Both the position numbers and the translations under genes were made by a program. A stretch of 63,574 nucleotides of DNA, filler included, from Folioceros fuciformis (Eukaryota): NCBI GenBank assembly GCA_049999805.1. It is 4 parts of 3 records of this genome, joined end to end, with 100 filler letters (N's around TTAATTAATTAA, not from the genome) between each part and the next. Parts side by side here need not be neighbours in the genome. Positions count along the whole stretch, not along the records: positions 1 to 26,915 come from JBNGIO010005928.1; 3 more parts are not named here. One strand, 5' to 3'. The first letter of the stretch is position 1. Each line of letters starts with the position of its first letter. The notes under the pieces are model-generated. The model had not been told where the DNA came from, did not search any database, and saw nothing but the letters and a program-made list of their open reading frames with translations. Shown piece by piece: positions 10,942-23,900 of this stretch.

Positions 10942-13114
10942 ATGCTGGCCACGATGGCGTTGGTCTTAGTTCTGAGGCTGGCATTGTGCACCGTCTTCTT
11001 CCCGCTTCTGCACGGGGCCAGCCCCTTACGAAGCTTTCAGGCAGATCCGAGGAACACTGGCGGGGTGGATCTGCTCCAGCTGCCTGCGGGGCAGACGTAC
11101 CTCGGCTTCCCCGCAGCCCAAGATCGGCATCTGACATCTGCCGCGGTGGCAACCAGATTGCTGCACGGAAGCCCCGTGCAATTCAAGGATGCGCAGAGCC
11201 GGGCGCTCTCCTTCAGCACGACCTTCCAGGTCTGGGCGGCGGGGGCGACCTTGGCGGGCTACCGGGATGGCAGCAACGTGCTGGAAGGGTTGGCCTTCGT
11301 CCTGGTGCCGGACACTGCCACCCAAGGCGCTGCTGGAGGCTACATGGGCGTGCTGGACTCGGGTCCCCCGTCGTCGTCCAATTCCAGCCAGACCTTCGCA
11401 GTGGAGATCGACACGTCCTTCACCTCCGAGTTCTCGGATCCGAGCTCCCCGCACATCGGCATCGACCTCAACACCATGACATCCTCCTCGTCTGCACCCA
11501 TCCCGTACGACTTCCCCGACTACGGCGCCGCGCTCTACGTCTGGATTGAGTACCACAGCCCGACGCAGGTCCTGGAAACCAGAGTCTCCAACAATCCCAA
11601 CCGGCCGAGCCAGCCCACGCTCGTGCAATCAGTCGGGCTCGAGAGCGTGCTGGAGGGTTCCATGTTTGTGGGGTTCTCGGCGGCTTTCAATCCGTGCTCC
11701 GGGCGGGACGATCGGGGTCAAGGCTGTGTTGGGTTTGTGGCGATCGAGAGATGGAGCTTCGAAACATTCGGGGCCGAGTCTTTGGCTGTCCCAGCATTGC
11801 TGCCGGAGAGGGAGTCGCCGTCCCAAAGAAACTTACGTACGCTGAAGGTGTTTGTGCTGGTGCTGGGGCTGGCTGTTGTCGTGGGGATTGGGCTGTGGGC
11901 CTACTTCCGGTGGGAGGACGAGCAGCTCGCGCGCAATGTGGGGTACGTCGGCAGGCATGGGGCGCGGGAGTTCGGGTANNNNNNNNNNNNNNNNNNNNNN
12001 NNNNNNNNNNNNNNNNNNNNNNNNNNNNNNNNNNNNNNNNNNNNNNNNNNNNNNNNNNNNNNNNNNNNNNNNNNNNNNCGGCTGTGAAGAGGGTGGGGGT
12101 GGAGTCCAGGGAGGAGGAGAGCCGATTTGTGGCGAGGGCGCAGGCTCTGGCGCGGGCTCGCCTCCGGCATGACAACCTGGTTCAGTTGTTGGGTTGGTGT
12201 TATGAGAAGCGCGAGCTTCTGCTGGTGTACGACTACATGCCTGGGGGTAGCCTAGATCGGCTTCTCTTCCAGGAGCACGGGTCTGCCTTGTCGTGGAAGA
12301 ACAGGTATGTTTCCACAATGTTTGTTGTTGGGATGGTACGAAAGGTGGGAAAATGAGAAGTTGTGATGTGACTGAATTATGGTGGGCTGTTTCCAGACTG
12401 AGGGCTGCGCGTGGGGTGGCCATGGCGGTGGTGTACTTGCATGAGGGAGCCCAGCAGCCGTTTCTGCACTGCAACATCAAGGCCAGCAACGTGATGCTGG
12501 ACGCCAAGTTCAATGCAAGGCTCGGTGATTTCGGGTTCCCTCGCGCTGCTCAACATAACCGAGCTGCCACTTTCGGCTACCGGGCTCCAGAACTTTACCG
12601 CTCGTCGGCAGGTGTGGAGGCTGAATGTGGATGACATGGTAGCAGTAGACACGCCTGTCTTCCCTTATGAGTTATGAAGTTTTCAAGCTTTGAAATGCAT
12701 GTGTGTGCAGATCAAGCAACTGCGGCAACGGATGTTTACAGCTATGGAGTCTTTCTTCTCGAGGTTGCGTCCGGGAGGGTGCCTCTGGACGTGCAAGCAC
12801 CGGAAGAGAAGGTCTTCTTGGTGGACTGGATATGGGAGCTCCATGCGCGGGGAAGGCTCATTGACGCAGCAGATGCTACACTGCATGGACAGTACGATGC
12901 GCAGGAGATGGCGATGTTGATGCGTCTAGGGCTGGTGTGCTGCCACCCCGATGCAAGTGCGAGGCCGTCCATGCGACAGGTTTTGATGATGTTTGATGGA
13001 GAGCTGCCTGCCCCTGACCTGCCTAAGTCCAGGCCAATGACAGCCTACAGTGACCAAGGGAAGGCTGAAATTGTGGAAGGGCTTAAGACGGAATCTGTCC
13101 TGCAGGTGAGCTAG
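10942..13114 (+). CDS. L-type (legume) lectin receptor-like kinase; catalytic loop degenerate
   Basis: Signal peptide, lectin_legB motifs ([36 protein letters not shown]), TM helix, then kinase ([34 protein letters not shown]). Exons are ~10942-12304 (spanning the N gap 11979-12078), 12397-12611 and 12711-13114. Confidence 0.9.
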
Positions 13115-13163
13115 CGGCAACAGTGACTCGGTGCAGAACCCGTCAAGCGCATGCATAAACTGG

Positions 13164-13639
13164 AGTGCGATGTCCACAGATTTGGAAACACATCATTGCT
13201 TCTCCAGTCTACGTCTTCTAGCTTTCTGGACTCACAACTCAAACTTCTGAGATCCGTGGTGGAGGTCACATTGGATGGCTCAACAGTTTGCCACAGGCAT
13301 CCCAGCAAAATTCCTAGTCTGCCAAAGGACCCTTACTTTATCCCCACGCAGTCCATTCCAGAAGTCCCTCACTTTCTTGCGAGGAAGTTGGAGCTCCAGG
13401 ACCAACAGTGGGCATTCGAACGTTATCAGCTTAAGGTGTGGGGTGCACTATTCCAAGGCATCAGGGAAAGCGTACCTGTAAAACTGAAGCATCCCCACAT
13501 TGGATTCCTACCGCACATTTGATGAAAACAAATGTCAGATGACTGGTCCAAGATTGGAAACTCTGCTGCTCCAGAATGAACTTGATGCAATGTCTACCTT
13601 GTGCGACTCCCCGTTGGATTTGCAGAATTGAAAAGTGGC
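13164..13639 (-). pseudogene. Partial duplicate of the last two exons and 3' UTR of the formyltransferase gene
   Basis: Aligns by eye with ~14102-14585. It reads ATFQFCKSNGESH and then frameshifts; [25 protein letters not shown] carries a 9-bp deletion relative to [18 protein letters not shown]. No upstream exons. Confidence 0.8.
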
Positions 13640-14200
13640 ATTGATTTGCTCTTCATTCCAAGAACTTCCAAGATAGGCTTGGAACCCACTATGCACTGAG
13701 GATTTGCAAACCACCTCTCCCACAAATGTTGCTCTGTATTTCAGGGACTACCAAAACACAATCTGGTGATCTTCACCCAAGTTATTGCTCTCGACTCTTT
13801 GACAAGCTTACTGCCTGAATTTTCTACACAAGGCTTCCAATTGATGTGATTCAGTTTTTCAGTAAAGGAATGAGTCATCAAAGCCATTGCTCTAGCCGTT
13901 TAAGCTGATCTCCTAATTCTAAGGATCCGCGTACACCACCCATCGGTGCTTGCATGGATCTTCAAAAGGGCAGTCACTATCTTAATTTTTTCCTTTTTTA
14001 CTTCTTTCACCTTTGATAATGACCTTACTCTGCCCTATTAGGAAGACGTCAATGTACCGTGACATTATGCATGATACTTGTTGCCATCTTGCATGACAGT
14101 TCACAGATTTGAAAAGACATCGTTGCGTCTCCAGTCCACGTCTTCTAGCTTTCTGGACACACAACTCATCTCTTTGAAATCCGAGATGACATTGGATCGC

Positions 14201-16410
14201 TCAAGACTTTCCCACAGGCATCCCAGCAAAATTCCTAGTCTGCCAAAGGACCCTAACTTCATCCCCACGCAGTCCATTCCAGAAGTCTCTTGCGGACATC
14301 ACTTTCTTGCCAGGAGGTTGGAGCTCCCGAACCTATCAACAATGGGCATACGGACGTTGTCAGCTTCAGGTGTGGGGGTGCACTGCTCCAAGGCATCAGG
14401 GAAAACGTACCTCTAAAACTGAGCCATCCCCACATCGGATTGCCAACGCATCTTTAATGAGAACAACTTTGTCAGAGGACTGGTCCAAGACTGGAAACTC
14501 TGCTCCAGAATGAACTCTTGAGGTTATGACCTTGACGACTACCTCCTGCGACTCCCCGTTGGATTTGCAAAGCTGAAAAGTGGCCTTCGTGCCAGGCCAT
14601 TCCGCAAAAGCCCTAACCTGTTACAATGTGCAGAAGGGACTGTGTCAGCTCCATCACTATACTCTGCATTATGGCACTTTGTGGTAACACGTGTCGATGG
14701 TAGTACCTTATTGTGGAGCACACTGGCGGCTTCGTCAAAGGACAGCCAAGCCTCATCGGCAGTAACCTGATCGTTACAAAAACACGTTAGTGCTTGTACA
14801 GATGCAGCACTTCCGTCAGCTCTGCAGATGCATACAAAACCTTGGGTGCATGTGTGGCCCGCAAATGGTCTTGCTCTGTAGCGTTCTGCTTCGCTGTTCC
14901 ATCTAAGATGGATGGAAGCTCCCTCAGCAGCAGCCTTGTTCCTGAAAATGTGGGTAACGGGTTCACAATTTGCCTCAGAAGGTTGCGAATAGGAAAAAAA
15001 AACTGAATGCCAAGCTTTCATTTGCACGCAGTGATTTGCCCCGTTTGAACACACACCTATGGCAAAAAGCCTTTGCAGGGCATCTGGTGCCTACACAAAT
15101 CAGCCTCCAGCTTATCAGTAAACACAGCTATAGGTCGGATATCCACTTTCGTTTCAACTACAGTCACACATGGGAGTCTTACGTTTCCAAACGAAATAGA
15201 TTCTAAAGCAAACACACCTTGATCGCTGAGTCCACTTCAAAACTTTCCGATGCAATAATGGGCCCTGCATCCATAGTACGTACTGTGTATGCAACTGTGA
15301 CTCCTGTAACAGCCACACCATCCTGAAGTACAAAACGAAGCGTAATCACCATCTTGTGGGAGTTAGCTGCTTAGCTGTTGTGAGGCCATTACAGAAAGGC
15401 ATGGGAAACTCACAGGAAATCCCAATTAAAAATGAACAATGACAGCATCCCACCACCAACAAGAAGAAACGAAGTCGCCGACCTGGAGAGCACGTTGAAC
15501 AGGAGCTGCTCCCCTATACAGAGGTAGCAAGCTTGGGTGGATATTGACCGTCCCTGCATGCACAAGACGCACTTAGGTTGGACAACATTCTAACAAGCAA
15601 CGAGAACAACCAGCACGGTGTTCAACGGCAGCATGGCTACCATAAGAAGGTATGTCGAGGAATCTTTTTGGGAGATAATTGCCATATGCCGCTGTAATGC
15701 AGACTGCTGGATTTAAAGCCCTCAGTTCTGCCAAGAAATTTTCCTGCAGAGATCAGACAAGCGGAAGCTTTCTCCTAACAATCATATGGATACAAAAAAC
15801 CGAGCTCATTACAGAATTCAGCAAAAAAGGGGGAAAAGACAAGAAAATAAATGGCCGCAAGAAAATGAGGTCTTTAACAACAGGAAATGCGGATGGAATG
15901 TACCTCTTTTGCAGTTTCAGGGGAGAAAATCAAGGAGGGAGGGAAATCTCGTTCTATTGCCCGCTGAGCGACAGGAGATGGGAGCTGCTTCCTGCCTCGG
16001 CCTCTAATAGAAGGAGGTTGAGTAACTATTCCTGCTACCTACGTTGGAGAAGCATTCCATATTAGGTGGTCTTGGGGAAGGAACTCTTAAACCCTGAACC
16101 CTTCAAAATAACGGAGAGAGTGAAACCTCAAAGACCGAGCTCGCTTCTTTCGCAGCGTCCAGCAGCGAGTCCAACACGCCAGCTGCAACCTACCAGGCAG
16201 ATTCTGTTCAGTGATTGGAACCGTACGTGAGCAAATCAACTAAGTCATCGGCAAAATTCAAAGAAGCAGAATAGAGTCAAACACCTGAGGCGTGCCAAGG
16301 AAGACCAGCGATTTTTTTGAGGGTTTGTCACTGCCATGACAGCATCTGACCGGATTCAAGCATCGCCACGGTCGTGAGGCAGACAGCCTGGACGACATCG
16401 AGAGCATCAT
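14201..16410 (-). CDS. fmt: Methionyl-tRNA formyltransferase, organellar, multi-exon
   Basis: Exons read [85 protein letters not shown] and [20 protein letters not shown]. The ATG at 16410 has an in-frame stop upstream; the TGA is at 14201. Confidence 0.92.
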
Positions 16411-16622
16411 AGCATCCAAGGCAGGAATAGAGCCCTAACATCGGTCTCGATATTCTAGGGCTCCTGAAGACTCTGGTGAAGCAAGCCAAAATTCACGAGG
16501 ATGAGGAGTCTAAGCCGGCAGCATGGATAAGCGCAGCTGGATATTGCAGTGTCCCAAGATCGCTGATGTGGGTCTGGACTGTGCTTGCCACTAATTTTCG
16601 TAGAATTTCAGGGGAGAACCCA

Positions 16623-18319
16623 ATGCAGGCCTCAACAGACATTCCAGGAGCATCTGCGTTGTCCGACTTTTGCAAGTACAACCTGCCACTCATGCCGAGT
16701 ATTTGAATTGATGGAACTGTATGCTCTACTGAATCTGTATTCTGGTACGGGCTACTATCCACTTGTCCGGTCTCTGTCTGACGATGATGCTCACAAGCCA
16801 GATCGTTGGGGCGCAGGCAGGATGATTCAGGAAGAGTTTACTCGAAAGAGCTAGCAGATATCATAGAAGTGATTGCTGCTTATGGGAAGTACTGGTGAGA
16901 TGTTTGCCTTTCATTGAATTGACGCTTTCGTCTACGGGATCCGATCGTTTCTGATTGCTATCGCCGTCATGGCTCCTGATGTAAAATGGCTTTCTCCAGG
17001 CATGATTGGTTCGATCTAAAAGTTTTGCTCGCTTTCCGCTTGCAGCAGGTGACTCATCAATATTACCTTGTTTGCAGTGCATCCAACTGAAACCTGGGGG
17101 AGGAGCAGGGATCAATAGTGAATAATCTGACCTTGAAATGTATTTTGCAGATTCTGCAGAAGTATTATGAAGCCCACACGTCCGCTGTTGGCCCTCCAAA
17201 GCCACTGGTTACAGGGGAAACTTTCGAAGAGCTATGTAACAGACTCTTAGGAAGTATGTGGCCAGCTTTACTGCGTGGGTCTTGGATGTATATGCTTGCA
17301 TTTGGCTGCATGCTTTCTTAATGGTCTGCAATTTGTCGCCTGTCAGGCCTGGACGCTTTTGACTCCGGACCACCCTTCACTCTTCAGCGGCTTTGTGAGG
17401 TATTCCTTTCCCATCAATTGGAGTTTTTTCATCAAAATTCCAATCGCTGCTTGGTGGATTCAACAAATTAGCCCGTTCTTGGTTCATCGAACCTGCCGTC
17501 TGCAATCTGTTGATTTCAATTGCCTTTGGTGGCACTTATATGCCTAGATTTTGCTCAACCCAGAGGCAATATATCCCAACCTGGACAAGGTGGGGCTAGC
17601 GTTTGAGAAGGTAAGAAACCATTCGTTTTTCCAAACCCCTTTCAGATCAGAATGAGGAGCACAGAGAAGTTGGTAGATGAGAAGTGGTGGCAATCGATAG
17701 AATTGAGCTTTGAGATTCAAAATGACTGAGTGTGGCTCATTATCTCCAGCTTTTACTTGTGACGTCCACTATTTCAAGATGCCAGGAACCCTATCCCTCG
17801 TCTCTTCCTCCAGTGAAGCAACTAGAGAGGAAGCCAGTTCCTGTCAAGGTTATCTCTGACCATGAGTTCGAACAAAGGGCCAAAGCTGCAACGCAGAACC
17901 AAGACATTTCTAACGCCGAACCGAATGAGGAGATACCCTGGGGAAAAAAGTATGGGCGGACAGCTGTAGAGAACGGGATTCCAACAGCTATTACATTCGT
18001 GAAGGAAGCCGGTGAAGATATGGAAGTGGAGGTGGAGTTGGATGAACCAACCTCAACTGAAATGGAAATCGAAGGCGCTTCTGAGAAAGTATCTGGAGAC
18101 GGGCAGGAAGCCTTGCCGGAAGAGGCCCTGGCTGACCCCAGCCCCGCGGCTGCCACGAACGAGTCCGAGACTTCAATGGAAGAGGTTCCTGAAGCAGCGG
18201 AAGAAGTCCCTGCTGTGGAAGAAGACAAAATGGAGGAAGGATCCTCATCAGATGCTGTTCAGGAGGGGTTAGGCCATGCAAGTACAGCTTGCATCACAAT
18301 AGATCCACTAGTAGTCTGA
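16623..18319 (+). CDS. PP4R2: Protein phosphatase 4 regulatory subunit 2
   Basis: Spliced exons read IIEVIAAYGKYW|HDWFDLKVLL, GETFEELCNRL, FDSGPPFTLQRLCE|ILLNPEAIYPNLDKVGLAFEK|LLLVTSTI, then a long acidic tail. The start at 16623 is inferred from compatible intron phase. Confidence 0.85.
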
Positions 18320-18643
18320 ATAGAGTGAGGCAACAAGTGGAAATTTAATGGTGTGCAACTAGATGCCTTCTAAGAGTTTAGGGGTATCCCGATGCTAAGT
18401 TCCTTGTGCTGACCCTTTGATATTGAAATGCACGTAGGGTGCAGAGAGTTGAGTTGTTGAGGTCAAATATTCAGGCCGGGGTGTTGTGAGTCGGGTCTTG
18501 ATTCCATTCAAGCTGTTGTTACATCTTCAGGAGGAAATAAGGGGGGACGAAACGCTGCAGTATTTACTACATAAAATTTCGGGGAGCAACCCCCAACTAC
18601 TGTACAGTGAAGTAATGTTAAAGGCGGAACTCCTTTCCTCAGA

Positions 18644-19647
18644 TCATTTTTTCATGAGAAGCACCACGGTGTGTGCCGCTATGCTTCGATTCTCACCCAG
18701 GCTGTCCACCTTCTCGTGTGTCTTGGCCTTGATGTTGAGCACAGATGCATCCACATCCAGCAACTCCACTAAGTTGGCCAGGATAGCCGGTTTGTGAGGA
18801 CTCAGCTTCGGTCTCTGTGCGATGATGGTGGCATCTAAATTTCCGATCTCGTAGCCTGCCTCGTGCATGCGCCTAACCTGCAGCATATAACAAGATCACT
18901 GCATCAGGTGCCGATCAGGGCACTCAAATATCCCCGGAAACATTGGAAAGGACCGAAACAAGCAGCTACTCACAGCCTCCTTGATGAAAACCGACGATGG
19001 TGCTCCTTTCCAAGTGGGATCCGTGTCAGGAAAGAGCTGACCGATGTCTGGCAGCCCCAGCGCTCCCAAGATGGCATCCACAATACAGTGCAGCAACACA
19101 TCCCCTGCAGACCACGCAGTCAAACCTCCGCTTCACCGCACTCCCTCGAAAGTCACAAACACAGGCACACCAAAACGCTTCTTCGTACCATCGGAGTGCG
19201 CTTCGCAGCCGCGTTCATGCGGAATGTTCACTCCCCCGATGATGAGAGGATACCCCGGCTCCAGCCGATGCAGGTCGAAGCCATGCCCTACTCTGAACGG
19301 CAGGACCGGCACCTTCCTAGACTTCGCAACCTTGGGCTCCGCATCCACAGCCGTGCTGGCAACCTGGCACACAAATCGCTCCCTTCTTTGCTCCGGCCCG
19401 CTGGCCAAGTGGCTCGTCCATCCTCCCCTCGACTGCAAGCTGCACGAAGGAGCCTCAGCCGCTGCGTCGCAAAGTAACACAATCCAGCCGAAAAATCCCG
19501 AATTTCGGGCCAGTACAAGAAGCAGTACCTGAATCCCAGTCGCAGCTGCTGCTGGCCTGCCGCCGCCTCCCTCCACGAATGTGCCGGGGAGCTCCGCACG
19601 AGCTCGATCCCGCAGCGCACAGACGCAGCCATCCCAAGCGTCGCCAT
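18644..19647 (-). CDS. ispF: 2-C-methyl-D-erythritol 2,4-cyclodiphosphate synthase (MEP pathway), plastid-targeted
   Basis: Motifs [60 protein letters not shown] and [23 protein letters not shown] transit peptide starts at MATLGM. Confidence 0.95.
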
Positions 19648-20373
19648 GCCTGGGAGCCAAGCGTCACTGCTCGCAGAGTGTCGGAGGGATGCAGGTGCCC
19701 GGGTGTGAGTCAAGTCCGGGAGTCTTGCTTTACGAAAATGAAGGACGCAGAGCGGACAGTCTCCAACCAGACAAGACGCACAGAGGAGAGGGGAGCGAAG
19801 TGGAGGCCAAACATGAGCGCTTTGTGGATTCCCAGAGCCGAGATGCTGCTGGTAGCGCTCCAACGTGCTATATACATTTCCTCACACCTGCGCCTCGAGT
19901 GGGTGGAGTCCTATGCAGTTCACCCGCCAGTCAAACTACAGGTGCACATTAAATGAGTTTCCAACGTTTCACCTGTTTCTAGCTGTTTCGGCTAATGTTA
20001 TTACATACTGTCGAGAAAACCAGTATCTAACCATAATGTCAAGTCACACAACATACAACCGTTAAACTCAGGAACAATACAAAATAGGAGACAACGTGAA
20101 TATTCGAGGATATATCCAATATCTACCAGCTAGGCTCCTCCACGTTACCGTGGCATCTTGTCATTCAATCCAAGTCTGGAGACTGGAACCTACGGTCTGC
20201 TCCGGACACATTTGGTAAGCTTCGGCTACCGATGTTACAGTCTGTGCGTTTGCGATACCAGTGCGCCTTCTCTGCAGCCGGCTCCGATGGAATGCGAATC
20301 TGGAGTCGTGGAACTTGCGCAGCAGGCTAGATAACCTCACCTGCCATTGGTGTTCTTGCAGGACAAGGAAAAA

Positions 20374-20891
20374 ATGGCGCAGGCGCTGAGGGCGGCCATT
20401 ACCATCAGCCCTATGTGCACCCCCTTCACTCCTGCCTACCGCTCGCATCAGGCTCTGCCGAAGGCGCATTTTTCGGTTGTGTGCTGTCAGAGCACCGGCC
20501 GCGATGCTCAGCCCGATGTTTCCAGGAGGTATGTTTTGGTCTGGTACGCGGATTGGCAGCCCTGCCAAATCGCGGCAGATCTGTGCGTTCTGTTTGTTGA
20601 TGGTGCTGCATTTTTCACAGATCTTTTGCTCTCGGAGGAGCCGCAGCTGCGGCGGGACTGGCGTTTCTCAACCAACCCGAGGTCCAGGCCAAGAGGCAGC
20701 CTCCGCCACCCCCGACGGAGAAGAGGCCAGAGGACGACCCGAATCTTAGTGCCTATGACGCCAGATTGCTGGCAAGTTACAGGCGCAAGGAGGCCTTGAA
20801 GGCATCGGTAGAAGCTAAGAGAGCCCAAGCCGCTGCTCAGGCAGGGAGCTCTCCGCAGACTCAAGATCTGGCCACCGTGAAGATGCAGTAG
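20374..20891 (+). CDS. Small chloroplast protein with bipartite twin-arginine thylakoid signal (resembles the At1g49975-like family)
   Basis: Two exons (20374-20528, 20621-20891): transit peptide, SRR-SFALGGAAAAAGLAFL..VQA, then KRQPPPPPTEKRPEDDPNLSAYDARLLASYRRKEALKASV. The family match is from recall only. Confidence 0.7.
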
Positions 20892-20982
20892 GGCCCCTGG
20901 TGCGCTTCTCGGATGCAGCTCACGCGACAGGATTGCATAAAACCTCAAACTACGGACCTATCGGCAAGTAAAATGCGATTGT

Positions 20983-23900
20983 TCATCTGGAGTAGTTTTC
21001 GTCCATTCTGATCACTCCTGAGACTCTCGACCTCCTCACCAAAGGTAGGGTGGACTTGCTACTTACCCGAGAACGTTGAACGGGCACCAGCGATCCCGCC
21101 CTGCTGTCCCGAGGGCTGTGCGACGGTGACTGCCCTAATATAACAAAAGACGGATTTTGTTCCACTTGGGCATCATTTCGGGGGATAACTTCCTCGTGCA
21201 CCAAATAGTCTCCACGGTCACCCTCAGGAGACTTGCTTACTGGAGAAGACCTTCTTGGCCAACTGTAGCCTTGGAGTTGTCCTTGGGCTTCAAAAGGCGT
21301 CAACATGGTACTTCGAGAGTCGTTTGTCTCTGAGCTGGTCGTCTGCACTGTTGCTGGCACTTCCGCGTCCTCTATCACGAAATTGGCACCAGCAGGCATG
21401 ATCACGGATGCTTGAGTCTTATGCTGCTCAGCCCAATTGCGAGCACGCCAGAAACGAAGCCGTTGTTTCAGTCTCACCTGCACCCACAAACGGGCATTAT
21501 CACCAGATTGCTGCAAGACAAGGCCAAGGTTGTACGCAGGTGCATTCTTTTGCAGCAAGCGTCCATGAAATGACGGGGTCCTTGAGTGATAAAATTACGA
21601 TTTCTCTTCGGAGCTCCCTGTTGTCCATCTGGGCCACGGCAGAGGAACCCTTCCGTCCAAGGTCTTTGCTCCTCCTCGGCTTTCTCTCAGTCTGGAGACC
21701 GGCATATAAGTTGCATCAGGGACTTCGACTATGAGCTAGTGTAGTGCTGCATGCAAATTCTCTAGTATAGCCACCCCTTTGGAGATCGTGAGAAAACAAA
21801 CAGGTACCTGCATCAGGAAAGGATCTGTTTGACACGATCGGTGTTTCGCTTGTCCGCTTTCCAAAAGAATCTTCCATTCCAGAGCGCTACGTTGTGTGGT
21901 AATACGTCTTCTATCGTCTTTCTGGAATTTGGACTTCGACTCTGGCTGGTCAGACAACGAGTACGCGTGATCATCATAGTCTGGACTCCCCACCTTACTA
22001 CCGGACTCGCCCTCAGAGCGTCCTTTGCCACGCCTTCTCCGGTGCTTGTCTTCTGGGTCCTCGTCCTCGGCANNNNNNNNNNNNNNNNNNNNNNNNNNNN
22101 NNNNNNNNNNNNNNNNNNNNNNNNNNNNNNNNNNNNNNNNNNNNNNNNNNNNNNNNNNNNNNNNNNNNNNNNCCTGCTGTGACCTCCGTTTAGATTTCTT
22201 CCTCTTTGATGCGATCTCAGTAAAGTCAGGTCCGTCGACCTCCGCCTCTTCCTTGGGTTCTTCATCCGAATCTTCAAGCAATTTCGAGACCGACTGGGAC
22301 AGGTCGGCCAGCGGTTTCTCATCCTCGTCAATATCCTCGTCAATCACCTCATCGCCCTCCACCTCCTCCAAATCACCGTCCTCAAGTTGTTCCCTCTCCA
22401 CCAACCTGGTGTCTCGAGAAGGGGTGGCCTGCACAAGCGATCCTCTAGCTGAACGAGCCTTAGGGGTCGCGCTGGCCGACGAAGAAATTGTTCCACCGGC
22501 ACCCGGAACAATCCCCGTGTCCACGTCCTCACCACCCTGACGTTGAGCTTTCTTCTTACCTTCGGCACCCTCCTTGCCAGTGGCCTCAAGCTGCGAAGAG
22601 GCGGTTTGACCGGGTTCTTCAACTTTGGAGGTCTTCTTCTTTCGCTTTGAAGCATCAACCTGATGTCGTTCATCATCTCCAGCACTTGCCCCTCTCTCGC
22701 TGCCCTTGCCAGATCCGGCGCCTTTCTCGCCATCCTTGGCAGCTTCAGCAGCTATACAAAGCAAGAGGATCGTACGAGAATCATACCCATTTGGAATAGT
22801 GCAGTAGCCATGTCACAGTAGCTCAGCTACAGAGCACTTTCACCTATGGATCACATACCACTTTCTTTGACGTCCTTCCGAATCCTTATATGTCTTTTAT
22901 CCTGTGGCCCATAATTGACGTTAGCTTCCCTTTTCATGCACGACGGACATCAAACCCAAGTCGAAGCCTTGTGCTCCAGATGTTACAATCAATGCGAGGT
23001 CAGCATACCAGCTTCTGAGCATCGGTCAAGTTCTCCGTTATTTTCCCTCCCAGGACGTGGTACTCTTGTTCCTGAACCTCACAAAACATGTCAGGTTGTA
23101 GGTGCAAAAAAGGAATTACACATCTCGATTGTCCAGGCAGGTAAAAGTGGAATACGAAAGAGGGGTCACAACGAACCAGCAAATGCATTCTCCTCAGAAA
23201 CTCTCGCAGTCTAGCTTCCTGTCCAAATTAGAAGGCCTCAGGTCAAAGACATGACGGGGGTTGGGGAGCTAAACCAGTGTCTGTTAGAAGCCTTATTGAA
23301 AAGCTGTCGGCAAAGAGAAGGAACCTCTGCCTCCCCTTCCTTGCCTGCTAGTTTAGTTGCAGCCATCAGTTCTGCTTGACGATTCAGCATCTCTTGCTGC
23401 CATCACAGTCATGACAAGCAGTCAGGTTCTGGCCGCAGTACAATCTGTAAGATACCAGTTCTTTCTTTCAATGCACAAATTCCAAGAGCGAAACCTTTCA
23501 GTCGGACGTAGACACTAAACAACTACATAGGGGACGTTACCTAAATCGCTAGAGGCAACGACGGTCCACACCTGTTGTGCAACAATTTAGCCTCCAATGC
23601 ATTGGACTTTGACGCTGCCTATTACCCTTTCCGCATAGAGACTTCCCAGGCGGTTGCGCAAATCTTCCTGCGCAAGCTGCAGGGCCATCGCGGGAGAAGA
23701 TGGCAACCTCCAGTCGGCAGCCGTGCCATCAGCTTCCGCTTCCTTGTCCTTGGGCTTCGACGAAGGTACGTCGAAAAACACGTCTTCTTGAGCGGAAAGG
23801 CTTCCTGCCGACAAGTCATGCGCCGCAATAAGCATACGAGGCAGGTAATGCTGTAGACCATTGGAGGGATGACCCGGGTAATTCTACAGCGAATTGGATG

